Assembly (NCBI GenBank): GCA_013239625.1
Contig: MU054212.1
Coordinates: 4,074,650 to 4,138,649 of the forward strand
DNA from: Lama guanicoe
Lineage: Eukaryota
Direction of reading: 5' to 3'
DNA: 64,000 nucleotides
The notes below the pieces were generated by a model. That model was not told where the DNA came from and did not search any database. It saw only the letters and a list, made by a program, of their open reading frames with translations. Both the position numbers and the translations under genes were made by a program. Of the stretch, positions 50,271-62,779 are shown piece after piece; position 1 is the first letter of the stretch; each line of letters begins with the position of its first letter.

Positions 50271-53200
50271 CCACCTATCACATGGTATTGTTTCATTTGA
50301 GGTCACTTTGCCTAAAATGTTAAGGCTTTTTACAAAGATGAAATACAACACAAGAAGCCCCCACACCACCTGCTCAATTTGTCTTACAAAATTTCCATAG
50401 GATGCTTGTTGCACATTTTGAGGTTTGATGTCCCCCCAAGTTTTGGCTGGAATTCTCCTGCACCACTTTTCATAAACGAGACTCTTGTCTTTCTGTGAAC
50501 AGCAACAATAAAAAGGTGAGCACCTGTCTGCCCACACCTGCTGTGACATGTGCTTGATGATGAAATTGCTTCTGAGCAGAGACCGCAAGTCAAAGAGGTG
50601 GGAGGTGAAAAAGCAAGAGACCCTCAGGCTTGGATGGAAGGGCTGGCAAAGCCAGGAGACAGGTATGACTGTGTTTCCAAAAAGCGATTGAGATGGCTTA
50701 ACTAAGGCAATAAATTCCTGATATTCAGGGGCACGTCTTCCTTAGAATTTGAAGTCCGCATTTCAAAGACTTGAGCAGGTAGCATGTTTAAGCTCGACAG
50801 GGAACGTTTTTCAAAGCTGGTACTCCATGTTGTTTTGGAAAATAGTGAAGCTGAAAAAAACTTCTCTCGGGGCTCCTTCAAACTTTCTGGTATTCTTTTC
50901 AAAATGCTCGTGCCAATATGTGTAATCTGCCTAATTCTTGAGTGCATTATTTTTTGGTATGGTACCCAGGAAATAAAGCACGTATCTCGTAGGAAGCATC
51001 AATAGAAATGATCTGTTTCATTTCTTATACAATGATGAGAAAGGATCTTAAACTGCGTAAAATAAGTCTTTCCCATACAATTGGTATGCGAGATATCATT
51101 AGAAAGGGATTTTAAAGATCAAGGTATAGTTTTGTTGTTAAAATTTGGCAATAGCAACTATTTCCTGAAATTGGACCCAATTTATCTTTCTTAAAAGTGA
51201 GAGTTAGACGCTATTGCAGAGCAAAGGGACTTCAGCACATCTTCTTTAAAAATTGATGTTGATGTTTGTGATGAAGTAGTCTTTCTATGCAAAAAAAAAA
51301 AATTCCAACAGTATTGCTCAGGTGGAAATAATGTCATGGACTGTGGGATACACCTATTCATTAGGGTTGGAATTAGCGTGTGGTTGTGATAATGGACTGA
51401 TTTAAGACGCTTTAATTTGATGAGTAAATATCTGGGCCTGAATGGCAACAAGTATGTATTTGACTTTGACCTTGAATTGAGCTTGATGGCAGATAAAGAA
51501 AAAACAGAGTAAGAGAAAGAAAAATGAAAGCAAAAGAAGGCGCAAATGGTGATCTGGAGAATGGAGGGTATAGTGGAGAATCCATCCACGGAGTAGATTT
51601 GTGGGACAAAAGGCGGATAGAGAAAAATGGCCGGAAGTAAAAAAAAAAAAAAGGCCAGAGAGGAGGGTCTTTACTATACGCCCGTTAGTCTCCCTTTCTT
51701 CTTTTTACTTTTCTGTTTCTTGAATCAGTTAATATTCCTTTCACTAGCTCTGTTGTGGTGGCCTGAGAGGCTGGTAGGATTTGCTCGGCTGAAACTATTG
51801 ATGCATAATACATTACATGGAATAATATTCTTGCTGTCCTTTGAGCCTTGTGTTTTATTATCAGTGGAGTACTTTGATAGCATTAAGCTACTTGATAGAC
51901 ATTGAGAAACTCTACACGCACTGCATATGGTTGTATATATCTGCTTGTGTATTTACAGAGGTTGCTAAGCTCCCAACTCCTAGTAAAGGCATCGTCCTAT
52001 AAAGTCAAGTTATTTTTCTTTCTGTTTAGATGTTGCGTCTAGCTACATTTACCACCCCATCTATTAGTAAACCTAAGTATATGTAATTATACAGCATAAA
52101 TGAAGATTTTGAATTATATAAGCTAAATCATGAATCTCTGCCTCCCTTTATTCTCCGTTTAAGTGAGGGTATATACTCATCAAAGATGAATGCTAACCGT
52201 GACTTTTTTCTGCTGAACGTATGTGGCATTTCCAAGGCAGGGCCATCTCCTGCATGAGAGAGGCTGATTACCTGCAATATTGCAGTTGACTAGGAAGTAT
52301 CAAAATTTTGAAAAAGATACTGTTGAAATGTGTGAAATTGTGTGAAAATGGTAAAAGAAACTGTCATAAATTGGAATAATGTAGAGTTAGAAAAAAATCA
52401 GTTAATCAAAGTAAATTAGAGATAATATAATTTTAATGAGTGAAAGTTGGGTCATCCAAATTGGATAGTGTTTTATTATGGAGAATAAAATAAAGTTTTT
52501 TCACCACATGCATCATGAATTCATTAAAGCAACGTCCTTTAAGTTGTTTGATTATGCTGATGGCTTTGCGTTCATCTACCTGCTCTTCTGCATCTTGCTT
52601 TTGAAAAAATTATACATATATTTTCATGTTGATTGGCTTGGGTAGTGGCTGCAGTTATTAAAACTTAAGGAATAAAGTGAGGGAAATATTCCTCAAAGGA
52701 CAGGAACTCTGTCCTTGACTCATGGTAAAAGAATTACTTACCACAGCTGGTGATAAGCTGAAGTACCCGAAACCCCAGTTTCTGGGATCTGGAGCCTCAT
52801 TTCTAGGAAGCTAATGACCAAGCAAAATCCATTGTTTAAACTAAAAAGAGAAATTAAACAATGTCATTTGTGAATGATCCCTTTTATCCATTTCTTCTTC
52901 CTTTTTTCATCCATTTTATTGTGTGTGTTTTCACAATGTTGTTGATGTCTGTTGTTGAGGGTCTGGGATATTTGAGGTGGAGAGTCATGGAGTGAGGAAT
53001 TAAAATTTGCTTCTGGATTTCATAACCAAAGAAATGGAGAGGGTTTAAGGATGCTCAACATAAACAGTTTTCTCTTCTGCATTTTCACTGAAAGGGGCCA
53101 AAAAACAGGTAGCTTAATTAGGGCGACTAAATGAATGAGGGTGGAAAAAACATTTGTTTCACAGTATTATATGGTTTTGAACATGTATTTTAAAAAATTC

Positions 53201-53511
53201 TAGCATTCTTGATCCTACTCTCTATTGAAGAGACTGCCATTATCTATACATGGGACGATCACCAGAATGAGGACTTAAGCTTGTTTCACAGACTCCTTAG
53301 TAGAAATTGAAATGTCAATAATATACACATTTTTGTAGGAACTTGCATTCATAAAAATGGGTTTATTTCTGAACATCAATTCTGAAGTCACAATCTCTCT
53401 GAATATTTCAGACCCAAACTCAAGACACTCAGTATCACCAGCATTGGAGAGTGTCCCTAGCACAGCTTCTGGGTTCCTCCAGGGTTGAATCCTTCCTACT
53501 GTGAAATAAAA

Positions 53512-53666
53512 CAGTGCTTCTTGAATGTTGATGTGTGCACGCCACCAGACATCTTGTTGACCTGTGGGTTTGGATTCAGTTGATCTGCGATCAGGCCTGT
53601 GATTCTTTATTCCTAAGGAGTTCCTAGGTGATGCAAGTCTGATTTCCACGCTTTATATCACAAAGG
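53512..53666. mobile_element. MER5-like hAT MITE
   Basis: cagtgcttcttgaa...ggattcagttgatctg...agttcctaggtgatgc. Confidence 0.65.
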
Positions 53667-54453
53667 AGTGAAGAGACTACAGTTTGCTGTCCTGATGGAA
53701 AGAAGCAGGTGAATAATCCAAAATTCATTCATAAAATGGCTTTAGAATATCCTTTTGTACTTACCTGATTATGAATTTGTTTTATATTTAAAAATTTAGA
53801 GCACTTTAATTGAAACATTCTAAGGAACAACTACAAAGACTTTGGAAACCTAAAATATGGCAATAATCCCTTAATATCCTCCTTCTCATCACTGCAATTT
53901 TTTTTTTTTGAGAGGCAATATAACCAATTTACGTGCTGGTGCTTGACAGGTAGCATTGTTTTATGTTCCTTTTGGAATTTGGAATGTCTGATTTCCTTTT
54001 TAGTTTGCACTGAAGTTTTTATCTTTGGGAAGAGGTGTGTTGGATTGTTTGTACTTTGTAAATTTTCTTACTGAAGCCATGCTAAAATGAGAGATAGATT
54101 CCCAATGGAACACAGAAAAAAAATTTTCTGTGATAGCTGACTATGTGAAATAGATTCTAGGCTGTGAGCATAGGGAGTTTTGTCGAAGTAGAGCAGGAGG
54201 AGAAAGAAAAGGAGGAAGAGAATGGGAGGTTGCTTCTCTCCTGGGTGCCAAGCCAAACTCTGATGAAATTTTGAAATGGCAAAGAATACTTTGGCCCTGA
54301 GTCATTTTCAGATATCCATCTACCTTTCCATGCTAGCCTTGTCATGATCGCCTGTGTTCCATGTATTCAAATTTCCTAAACCCTTATTAAAATGGGAGAT
54401 GCACAGGGCTGCATGTGGGGTGCAGGGAACGTGCTGTGCACACCACCAGGGCG

Positions 54454-54633
54454 CAGCATTTCCTGGGGCTGAGCAACATGCATCAGAATCACATGGAGAT
54501 ACTTGTTTGAATGCAGATTCCTGTACCTACCTCAAACCTACTGATTTAGAATCTCTGAGATGGGGCCCCAAACTTCACATTTTCCCCAATTCTAGAATTT
54601 GATGGCACATATTCTAAAGTCTGAGGACCACTA
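54454..54633. mobile_element. MER5A-like hAT MITE
   Basis: catcagaatcacatggag...aatgcagattcctg...cctactgatttagaatctctg...aaagtctgaggaccacta. Confidence 0.85.
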
Positions 54634-55251
54634 GTCTACCTTTTGCACGTCAGTCCAGGCCTGCTCTGCAGTCCTCACAAATTCAACAGCTAATTTCTCC
54701 AACAAAAGTTGCTGGGGTATTGGTGAATGGACAGATCTATAATACTCTCAAAGATATTTGGATTTTCGAAGACAATTATTGTTAATTAAAATGCAATTCA
54801 ATTTGGGGGTATTTTAGGCATTATAATGGAGAGAAGAGATTTCTGAGATATGTATATTTAAGAAAAGGTGTTGGGGTAGGGGAAATCATGTGGGCAGGTT
54901 ATTTATAACTGAGGGTTTCCTCTGGAGTAAAATCTTCAAAGATGTTTCTCAAAAGAGAGAAAAAAAAACTTCCTCTCCTCCTTACGAACCTAAAGATTCC
55001 CTAAATAGTTGCAAGTCTCCTACCCATCCCCACACCATCATGTACAGTAATCTTTGTAGTGATAAGGCAGGCTCTGTGGGCCATAGAGATTTGGGGGCAG
55101 AAGCAGCCATTTTTGTGTGTGGATGATTTATAAATCATGTGATGGTACACAAGGGTGGGTGGTTTCATGATGTCTTCCAGGAGACCAAACCGCCAGGGTG
55201 GAGGAATTAACAGCCCAGTGTGGTTAATAACAGACTTAATAGCCTTTTTGC

Positions 55252-55364
55252 CTTTCTTTCTTTCTTGCTTGCTTGCTTGCTTGCTTGCTTTCTTTGTTTC
55301 TTTGTTTCTTTCTTCCTTTCTTTCTTTCTCTCTCTCCTTCCTTTCCTTTCCTTTCTTTCTCTTT
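55252..55364. repeat. Compound pyrimidine-rich microsatellite (CTTT/CTTG/CT)
   Basis: Directly visible. Confidence 0.95.
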
Positions 55365-56190
55365 GTTGGAATGAATTTAGGTTAACTTTCCCAGTTAATT
55401 GACAGTGAATTATGATTATAACTTTAAATAGAGTGAGGACAGGTCTGAGGTTGAGATGAAAAATCACAGACCTTAAAAATCCAGCTTTGATTGCAGGTCC
55501 ACATAGATATTCTCCTTTGAGTCTTTATTCATTTCCTCCTCTCTCTCTTCATCTGCAAAATGGTGAAGTCATAACTACTAAGCAGCAGTGTTCTCTGGGA
55601 CTAATCAGTCTTTTTCCCAAGATGAAAAATAGTTTGTATGTGGAATGAACAGTAGTATCACTTTAATTTTAATCACATGCTCTGCATAAAATAAGGTCAT
55701 TAGGCAAAAAAAAATTTTTTTAACTCAAAAGTGGAATAGGATAAATAGCAATGAAAATGCAGTTTTTTCAGGCACAGTGATATTAGAAGTTGAGCATCTG
55801 CTGTTGTAAAACTCCTCACACATTTAACAAACGGCCTGAGATTTAGATGTTTGTTTTTATGAGAATGGATCTTGCTAGTTTTGGGGACAGGAGGATAAGA
55901 ATGACTGAGATCACTGACGGCTGACTCTCTAAACTCTGCCATGAGTGGAGTGAACTCAGCATAGGAAGGAAAGAAGAAGAATGTGAAGGTAAAAGAGCCC
56001 ATTTCCTTCCTAAAGGAAGGAAAACTTATAGGGTTCCCAAGTCTTCCTGCTAACTCACATTTGACCATAAGTTGTAGCGTAGCTGTGAGATAAGACTCAG
56101 AATTCCTGGAGGAAACAGGTTGATACTTCTTTCTTTCAACTTTCCAGATCTAACACACATGGTCCTTTAAAATCTGGATGACCTATCTAG

Positions 56191-56234
56191 AAATAAAATA
56201 AAATAAAATAAAATAAAATAAAATAAAATAAAAA
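56191..56234. repeat. (AAAAT)n microsatellite
   Basis: Directly visible. Confidence 0.95.
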
Positions 56235-56299
56235 TTTATTAATTTGCTTTAAAATCTCCTTAAAATAAGCTAGTAATAACTGGAAGATTGCATTTTCTG

Positions 56300-57947
56300 G
56301 GAGAGAAGTTGACCAAAGACAAGTCAAGGATTTGACTCAAGAAGACCAGACATATTAATCATGAAAATAAATTTCAATACTTTGAAATTTTCTATTAATA
56401 GGCAACTTTCAGACTGTGTGCAAATATCAAAACACAAGTGTCATTGACGGGAGAGTTTTGCTATTAAAAAGCTCCAAATCTATTCAGAAGGAAGATAAAA
56501 TTTTAAGTACATCATATAAATCAAATACATATTCATATCTGTTTAAAAATAAGAAAAACTGAAAAGAAGAAATTAACATATTAATTAAGATTCTAGGAAA
56601 ATAATAAAGCCAAAGGAAATAGAATGAAGGAATTAATAAGAATAAAGATAAGAATTGACAAAATACTCCTGTACCTAAAACTAAAAGCTGGTTCTTTAAA
56701 AATCACTAAAATAAATTTAACTTTGGTAAATCTAATCTAGCTAAATGTAGACTATGTATATTTAAAATTAGAATTTGGAGTGGTTTTATTTGTCAATATT
56801 GAAGTGATTAAAACACTATATAAAAATAATGGGTAAATTGTGTGGCAACAAATAGAAAAATCCAGAAAAAATGGATTTTTTTCTATAAACTATATACAAG
56901 AAGTTAAAAAATACAGTGTGTATAGAAACAGTAAAAATAATAGGAGGGGGGAGGGGGTAGAGCTCAGTGGTAGAGCACATGCTTAGCATGAATGAGGTCC
57001 TGGGTTCAATCCCCAGTACCTCCATTAGATAAATAAATACACCTGCTTCCCTCCCCCTCCACAAAAGAATTTAAAAAATGATGGGAGAAGATAATTCCAT
57101 TATGTTTTTAAATTACAAGGGTTAAAATTTCTTTCTTTAAAAACCGCAAATCCCAAAAGCCTTAAAAAAAATGACTGGCAAATTTGATCTCATAAAAAAT
57201 TTAAAACTTCTATTCACAGAAATACATCATCAATACAGTAAATTTAAAAATAAAAAACGGGAGAAAAATGTTGGCCACATATCAACAGATAATGGATAGC
57301 TATGTTTAAATATAAAGAGCTACTGGGGATCTAAAGAAAAGGGTAGGCAGTTAAGTAGAAAAAAAATGGGTGGTGGATATGAAGAGGCAATTTATGTTGA
57401 CGATATACAAATGACTGACAAACATATGAAAATTATTACACATGTAAGTACAAATTGAAATAATAGACACTTTTTTCATGAGGTTGACAAAATTTGAAGT
57501 ACTTGATAAGAACTATTTTTAACCAAGATGTGAGCAAACACCGTTGATGGGATGTAAGTTGGTGATGTCTTTGAAAAGGGACAGCAATTTTACATGAAGA
57601 TGTTGGATTGGTGTATGTGTACATGTGTCTGCCTGTGAGTATGTGTGTATGTGCACACATACATACGTATGTATATACAGTTGTACACATGTATATATGT
57701 AGGTCTTATATATAACATTCTCATATGTAGCATATGCAGACATGTACCTGTATATATGTATTTCGCATCTATATTGAAAAGCAGAATAGGATTCACCCTG
57801 TGATTTCCTCTGAGAGGAAGAATAGGGGCTGGAGTGGTGGTCATTGAGGCTTTTATGTTATGCTTCACGTACTAGGTGTTCTTCTGCTTTGTTTTGTAGT
57901 GTTTCTAACAAGGAGAAATAGAATTTATTACTTACTTAAATAAAAAC
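56300..57947 (+). mobile_element. Highly decayed L1ME-type LINE
   Basis: A-rich ORF2-like tracts (aaagctggttcttt; ataaaaaatttaaaacttct; ggatatgaagaggcaattt...atacaaatgactgacaaacatatgaaaa) and an L1ME-like 3' end. Confidence 0.7.
56947..57073 (+). mobile_element. tRNA-derived SINE (camelid vic-1 type)
   Basis: A-box agctcagtgg, B-box ggttcaatccc, tRNA-like head gagcacatgcttagcatg; 14-bp TSD aaaaataataggag (56933-56946) / aaaaatgatgggag (57074-57087), 12/14 identical. Confidence 0.9.
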
Positions 57948-58249
57948 ATAACTGCTTGCAAAAGAATGAATGGAGATGATTTGTGTTCTCAGGGCGTAGA
58001 GAAATCATCTCGGCGATACCCCGATGGATATTTTGGTTATGAAACATGTAGCTGTGGAATATTCTATATTGACTAAACTAAATTGCTTAGCATAATACAC
58101 ATTTTAGGGCTGTCTCACGATGATTTGAAAGTGCCTAAAGGCTGTGGAGTGTTTTCCCAAGTCATTAAAACTCTTTGTACATTTAATTTAAAATGACTAC
58201 TTAATATTAGGTAATATTTCCCTATCACTCAATTTTAAGTTTTTTACAG

Positions 58250-58470
58250 TTTGCCTTTTAAAATACTTCAGCCCTGAAGGGTCATTTTCGTGTGTACATC
58301 TGTTGTCATGTCTACTTATTTTTCAGATTGGAAAACTGTAGCCTCTAAGTGTTTTTATACCTCTTGATGCCAATTGCCAAACAGCTCTCCAGCAAGACTA
58401 TGACAATTTTCCATTTCATCAGCAGTGTAAAACAGAGCTCATTTCATCCCCAATTGTGGGAAAAAACAAA
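58250..58470 (-). mobile_element. Old L1ME fragment
   Basis: ttgccaaacagctctccag...caattttccatttcatcagcagtgta. Confidence 0.6.
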
Positions 58471-59421
58471 CCAGCAACAACCACATCTTCAACTTGCTGT
58501 ATCTTGTATTATTATTTTTTTTTAATTTAAAAAAATATGTTTGAATCTGTGGCACTCCCAGACAGGGTCAGGCCCAGGCTAAAGAGCAGCCTCCTTCTCC
58601 ACGGTCAGTGTTGTAGAAGTGGTTCTATTTCAGCAGATAATTGAAGCAAGTGTTTAGTAAAAGGAGAAGACCTGGTTTATTTTATCACTCACAGTGGACT
58701 TCTCTACACCCAGGTTTCACCTGCTTAGCTTTCAGAAGTGAGCCAAGCCATGACACTCTTTGTAGAGTGGGTGGGATATTGACACGTAAGAGAAAGAATG
58801 GAGGTGTGACAAAGTGTTAAGTTAAGCCCAGAGCGCTTGATAGCCTCAAAGGCTACATCCGGCAATCGGCAATCTCTCCTTCCACAATCAGTAGAGAGTC
58901 ATCTTCTTTCTCCTCCCCCCGATACTCATAACCTTCTTAATCAAATTGGAATTGGTTGGTCGTAAGTTCTCTTGTCTGGTCTCATTCAGTAACATGTCTT
59001 TATCTGCTAGTTGTTCCAAGTTCTATCCAGTTTCCCATTGATTTCCAGTATGTGTTGTCCCCACTACCACTTCTGTTTGATTACTGCCATTTCTGCTCTG
59101 ATGGTAATTTTTCTGCTGATGAAATTAACCTTTTATTCCAAACAGTCTGTGTCCCAGGGACAACCCATTAGCTTTTTTTTTTTTCTTCACCACTTGTTTT
59201 TATATTTTTCCTCCTATTTTGTGAAGCTGACAAGAATTTCTATTTCTAAATGAAACCTACTTGGTTGCATGGCTTAAACTACTGTCAAATTGTGACTCTA
59301 ATTTGAACATCATGCATGAGGGGAATTCTGTATGTTATGTTCTGTACAAAGTCTAGGTGATGGCACCAGTGCAATGGGAGGGAATGAGAGCTAATTTGGG
59401 AGAGGCTAGAACAGTGAAACA

Positions 59422-59530
59422 GTGCTCTCTTCGGCAGTACGTATGCTAAAAAATTGGAATGATACAGAGAAGGTTAGCATGGCCTCTGTGCAAGGATGAC
59501 ATGCAAATTCATGAAGTGTTCCATATTTTT
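59422..59530 (+). pseudogene. Full-length processed U6 snRNA pseudogene, 5' half of a U6/L1 chimera
   Basis: GTGCTC...GATACAGAGAAG...AGCATGGCC...CAAGGATGACA...GCAAATTC...GTTCCATATTTTT; I count 11 substitutions and a 2-nt insertion versus U6; no upstream TATA box. Confidence 0.97.
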
Positions 59531-59750
59531 TTGGGAGTTTGAGATTTGCAGATATGAACTAGTATGTATGAAACAGATAAACAACAAGTTCATACTGTAT
59601 AGCACAGGGAACTATATTCAATATCTTGTAGTAACTTATGGTGAAAAAGAATGTGAAAACGAATATATGTATGTTCCTGTAGGACTGAAACATTGTGCTG
59701 TAAACTAGAAATTGATACATTGTAAACTGACTATAATTCAATAAAAATAC
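59531..59750 (+). mobile_element. L1 3' UTR fused directly to U6
   Basis: ttgggagtttgagatttgcagat...ttcaataaaaa, same family as the L1 ends at 5249 and 47115. Confidence 0.95.
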
Positions 59751-59776
59751 GTGTGTGTGTGTGTGTGTGTGTGTGT
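59751..59776. repeat. (GT)13 microsatellite in the retrocopy tail
   Basis: Directly visible. Confidence 0.95.
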
Positions 59777-62014
59777 AAGTAAAAGGAAGAGTGAAGCAAA
59801 GCTGTGAAATCCTGCTGTTGCTGGTGAAAACAAGTATTTCATTCCTTTATTAAAATGATGCTCTTCTTTCTTTTTAAACAGATAATAGCAATAGAGTTGC
59901 CTAGAGCAACAGCCTTTTCCTCTCACCCGTTTAACGTTGAAACACCCTGTGCTTCTGTAATGGATGACAAAGTCTGTTACTTGGCACCAGCAGTGGAAAG
60001 ACAGGATTTCAAATTATGAATAGGTTTATTTTCTCCTAAAAACTTGCCTCTCCAACATTTTAAAGATATGCCTACTCATTCTTCATGGTGCTCCTATCTG
60101 GCATTGATCTCTAAAACACAAATCCTCTTGCTAGAGTTTTCTTTAAGAAAAGTGGCAAGACTGACACATGAGATAATGCCCTAGATTGCTTTTCTGTGTA
60201 GCAGGAGCCAGCTTGCTGTTCGGGTTTTGGCTGCAATATGGTAAAGTCTGCTTGCTTTCAATTATTCAAACCCATTTATGTTTTTCATGCCAAGTTGGAT
60301 AGGTTTGTATTTTTATTTTTCCTATTCTGAGTGAGGCTCTTCAAATGAATTCTACCATCCCTAGGCTGCTGCGTGGGAAGGTAGCTTCTAAAGCCTTTTA
60401 AAGAGTTCATCGACTTCAAAGCAAGGGATCTCTCCTTGTTACTCACTAGATAACCCTTCCCTTTTGCCTCCTGACTTACAGAAACCCCGCCTTCACCCAA
60501 GGATGCCATCATCAGTAGATTTTCTTTTAGAAAGAAGGATATTACCTAAAGCAAGCTCCTTTTCAAAGAAGTAATTTCATGGGTCACAATCTATTAGCTG
60601 ACAAAGCATAAGCAAAAAAAGGAAAAGAAGAAAAAATCAAGAATTGATTAGAGCCCGGCAGGCAGAATCTCCGTCTATTGCTGTTCTGTGTGTATTCACA
60701 GCGCTGCCCAGAATGTTATTTATTTATTTTCACCCTGGAGCACTAGCACTGATTGCAACAATCGAGAGACTTGGATGACAAGGTGTGCTGTGAAATAACA
60801 AAGTCCGTGTCCAGCCGGTCATGTGGGTGATCGCGGATCGCGCCGGCCAGCTCCTGCCTGTGGCCGTGTCTGTGGCGCTAGCCAGAAACAGTTTTTTCTC
60901 TCATTGATTTTTTTTTCAATTTCTATAAAATCAGGATTGGGCCCCAGCAGGTTTGGAATGATGCCAGCATCCTGTTGAGTCAGAAGAAAAGGCTGAGAAT
61001 AGGAAGTATATTGACCCAATTTATTGGACAAAGTGCAGTAGAGGTGACGGAACAAGCTACCAAGGTGTTTGCTCCTCTGTGAAGGCTTTTTAGGGCAAGA
61101 GATTTGGGACAATGAACTACAAATGGTGGTCAGGGTCAAAAGAAGTCTCTTTCAACTCCTTGTGATAGAACAACTCTTTCTGATGGCCGGGCAGAATCAA
61201 ATCTTTGCCTTCTCTCTTAATTTTTTTTTATACTGTTAATTGTTAAAGCCTACTTGAAAAATCGGAATTTCCAGCTATTGTCTTTGAATGAAATAACCTC
61301 AGGAAATAGAATTAATTGCAGTATCCTTCCTTTGTGTCCTTGATAGTTCCACATAAAAATTAAATAAAAGGCCTCAGAATATGTGTTCTTTTTTGCAAAA
61401 ATACCTTAATATATGCCTTAAAAATAACGTAACAGGTAATACCTAAGCTACTCCGTCTGCCTGGTTAACGGCTTTGTAAATCAACATATCTCATGTTATA
61501 TTAAACAGATGTAGCTGAAAGCTTTGCTCTGATTCCTGACCTCCGTGCCATGTACCCACACAGCTAATGTATAAATTCAAGAACCCACACTGCCTTGCTT
61601 GGAAAAGCTGCGGTGAGGACATTTGACCGGGTCTTTCTTAGTGAGCAGTACTTCTTCTGCATGTACAATGGGAACTTTGAGAAAATCATGGCTATACAAC
61701 AAATGTTTAGGGAGCGTTTAGATGAGAAATCAGTGATCATGTGTTAACAAAGAGTAAGTCATGAAAACAACATCTAGTTAACCTTTTTATTGTAGGTAAT
61801 GGGGCAGATAAATTGTATCCTAGTTAGGCAGAGTATGCGGTCCAGTGTTAAGATAGCCTCTTGAGCATACGAATATTAAGAAAAATCTAGCTGGTTGAAC
61901 GATCCTAGCCTAATAGTGCTGACTGATGGGTGAATAAACTACAGGGGACGTACAAAGCTATGTAATTTAGAACTCTTTTTTCATTCTAATCCAGTTAGAT
62001 ATTTTTAGTGGTAA

Positions 62015-62440
62015 GTTCAGTGCTTATCAAATTTTCAGGTAATTGATAGCTTAAATGTTACATAAAAACTATTTTTAGAAACATTTCTGCAAAGAAAAGT
62101 TTGATTGGAATTAGTAAGATGAAATTAACAGAGATGGTGTAAAATCCTACATTTAGGAAAGAATAATTGCAGGAGGACAGGATTCAGAGCAAGGTAGGTG
62201 CTTTGTTTGTGAAAAAGTCCCTTAGGTTTGATCTAAATAGAAGATTAACATAAATTATCAACATGATATATCTGCTGCAAAGGCCAGTACACTCCCAGGG
62301 GTGGGATAGGAGCTGAGAGCAAGTATGCATTCACAAAAGCTCAACCACACACACGAATATGGTGTTGAATCTCTTGTCACAGTCAGGGGGCACAGATGAG
62401 TTGAAAGTTAATCTGGGGCATGTAGAGTGGGTTATGAGAG
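62015..62440 (+). mobile_element. L3/CR1 LINE remnant (RT region)
   Basis: gcttatcaaattt; aagatgaaattaacagagatggtgtaaaatcctacatttagg; tgtgaaaaag match recalled L3 RT 3' sequence. Confidence 0.65.
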
Positions 62441-62469
62441 TTTTAATAGTCTTTCACCATTTCTTTATT

Positions 62470-62705
62470 CATTTGACACTAATACTGTTTCCTAGTACCT
62501 ACTACCGCCAATCTCAATGTCAAGTCTCCTTTTGTCATCATTGCTTTATTTAATCTTGACATGTAGTTCTTACATTCTTCATCATTTCACAGATGAGGAA
62601 ACTGAGACTTAGCATGGTTAAATGACTTCCTCAACGTTACCAAAAGACTGTGTGACAATACTGGAAATTTTACCTGACTCCAGTGCCCCCTTTTCTAACC
62701 CCTGT
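62470..62705 (-). mobile_element. MIR SINE
   Basis: catttcacagatgaggaaactgagacttagcatggttaaatgacttcctcaa. Confidence 0.85.
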
Positions 62706-62779
62706 GCTCTGTAACCAAAAGAACGTTTCTCCCTTCCATGGTTGCTTTAGAGAAAAATGCAGGGCTTTTCATTCATGAT

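Noticed and set aside
55155..55467. Hydrophobic or Lys/Arg/Glu-rich ORFs
   Set aside because: Translations of the CTTT/CTTG microsatellite
56947..57030. tRNA gene
   Set aside because: SINE tail and TSD present; it is a tRNA-derived SINE head
57973..58011. 10-bp stem hairpin gagatgattt/aaatcatctc
   Set aside because: Too short for a pre-miRNA, no snoRNA boxes, compatible with chance
59422..59530. Functional U6 gene
   Set aside because: About 10% diverged with CpG decay, no upstream TATA box, fused to L1 and flanked by a TSD-like repeat
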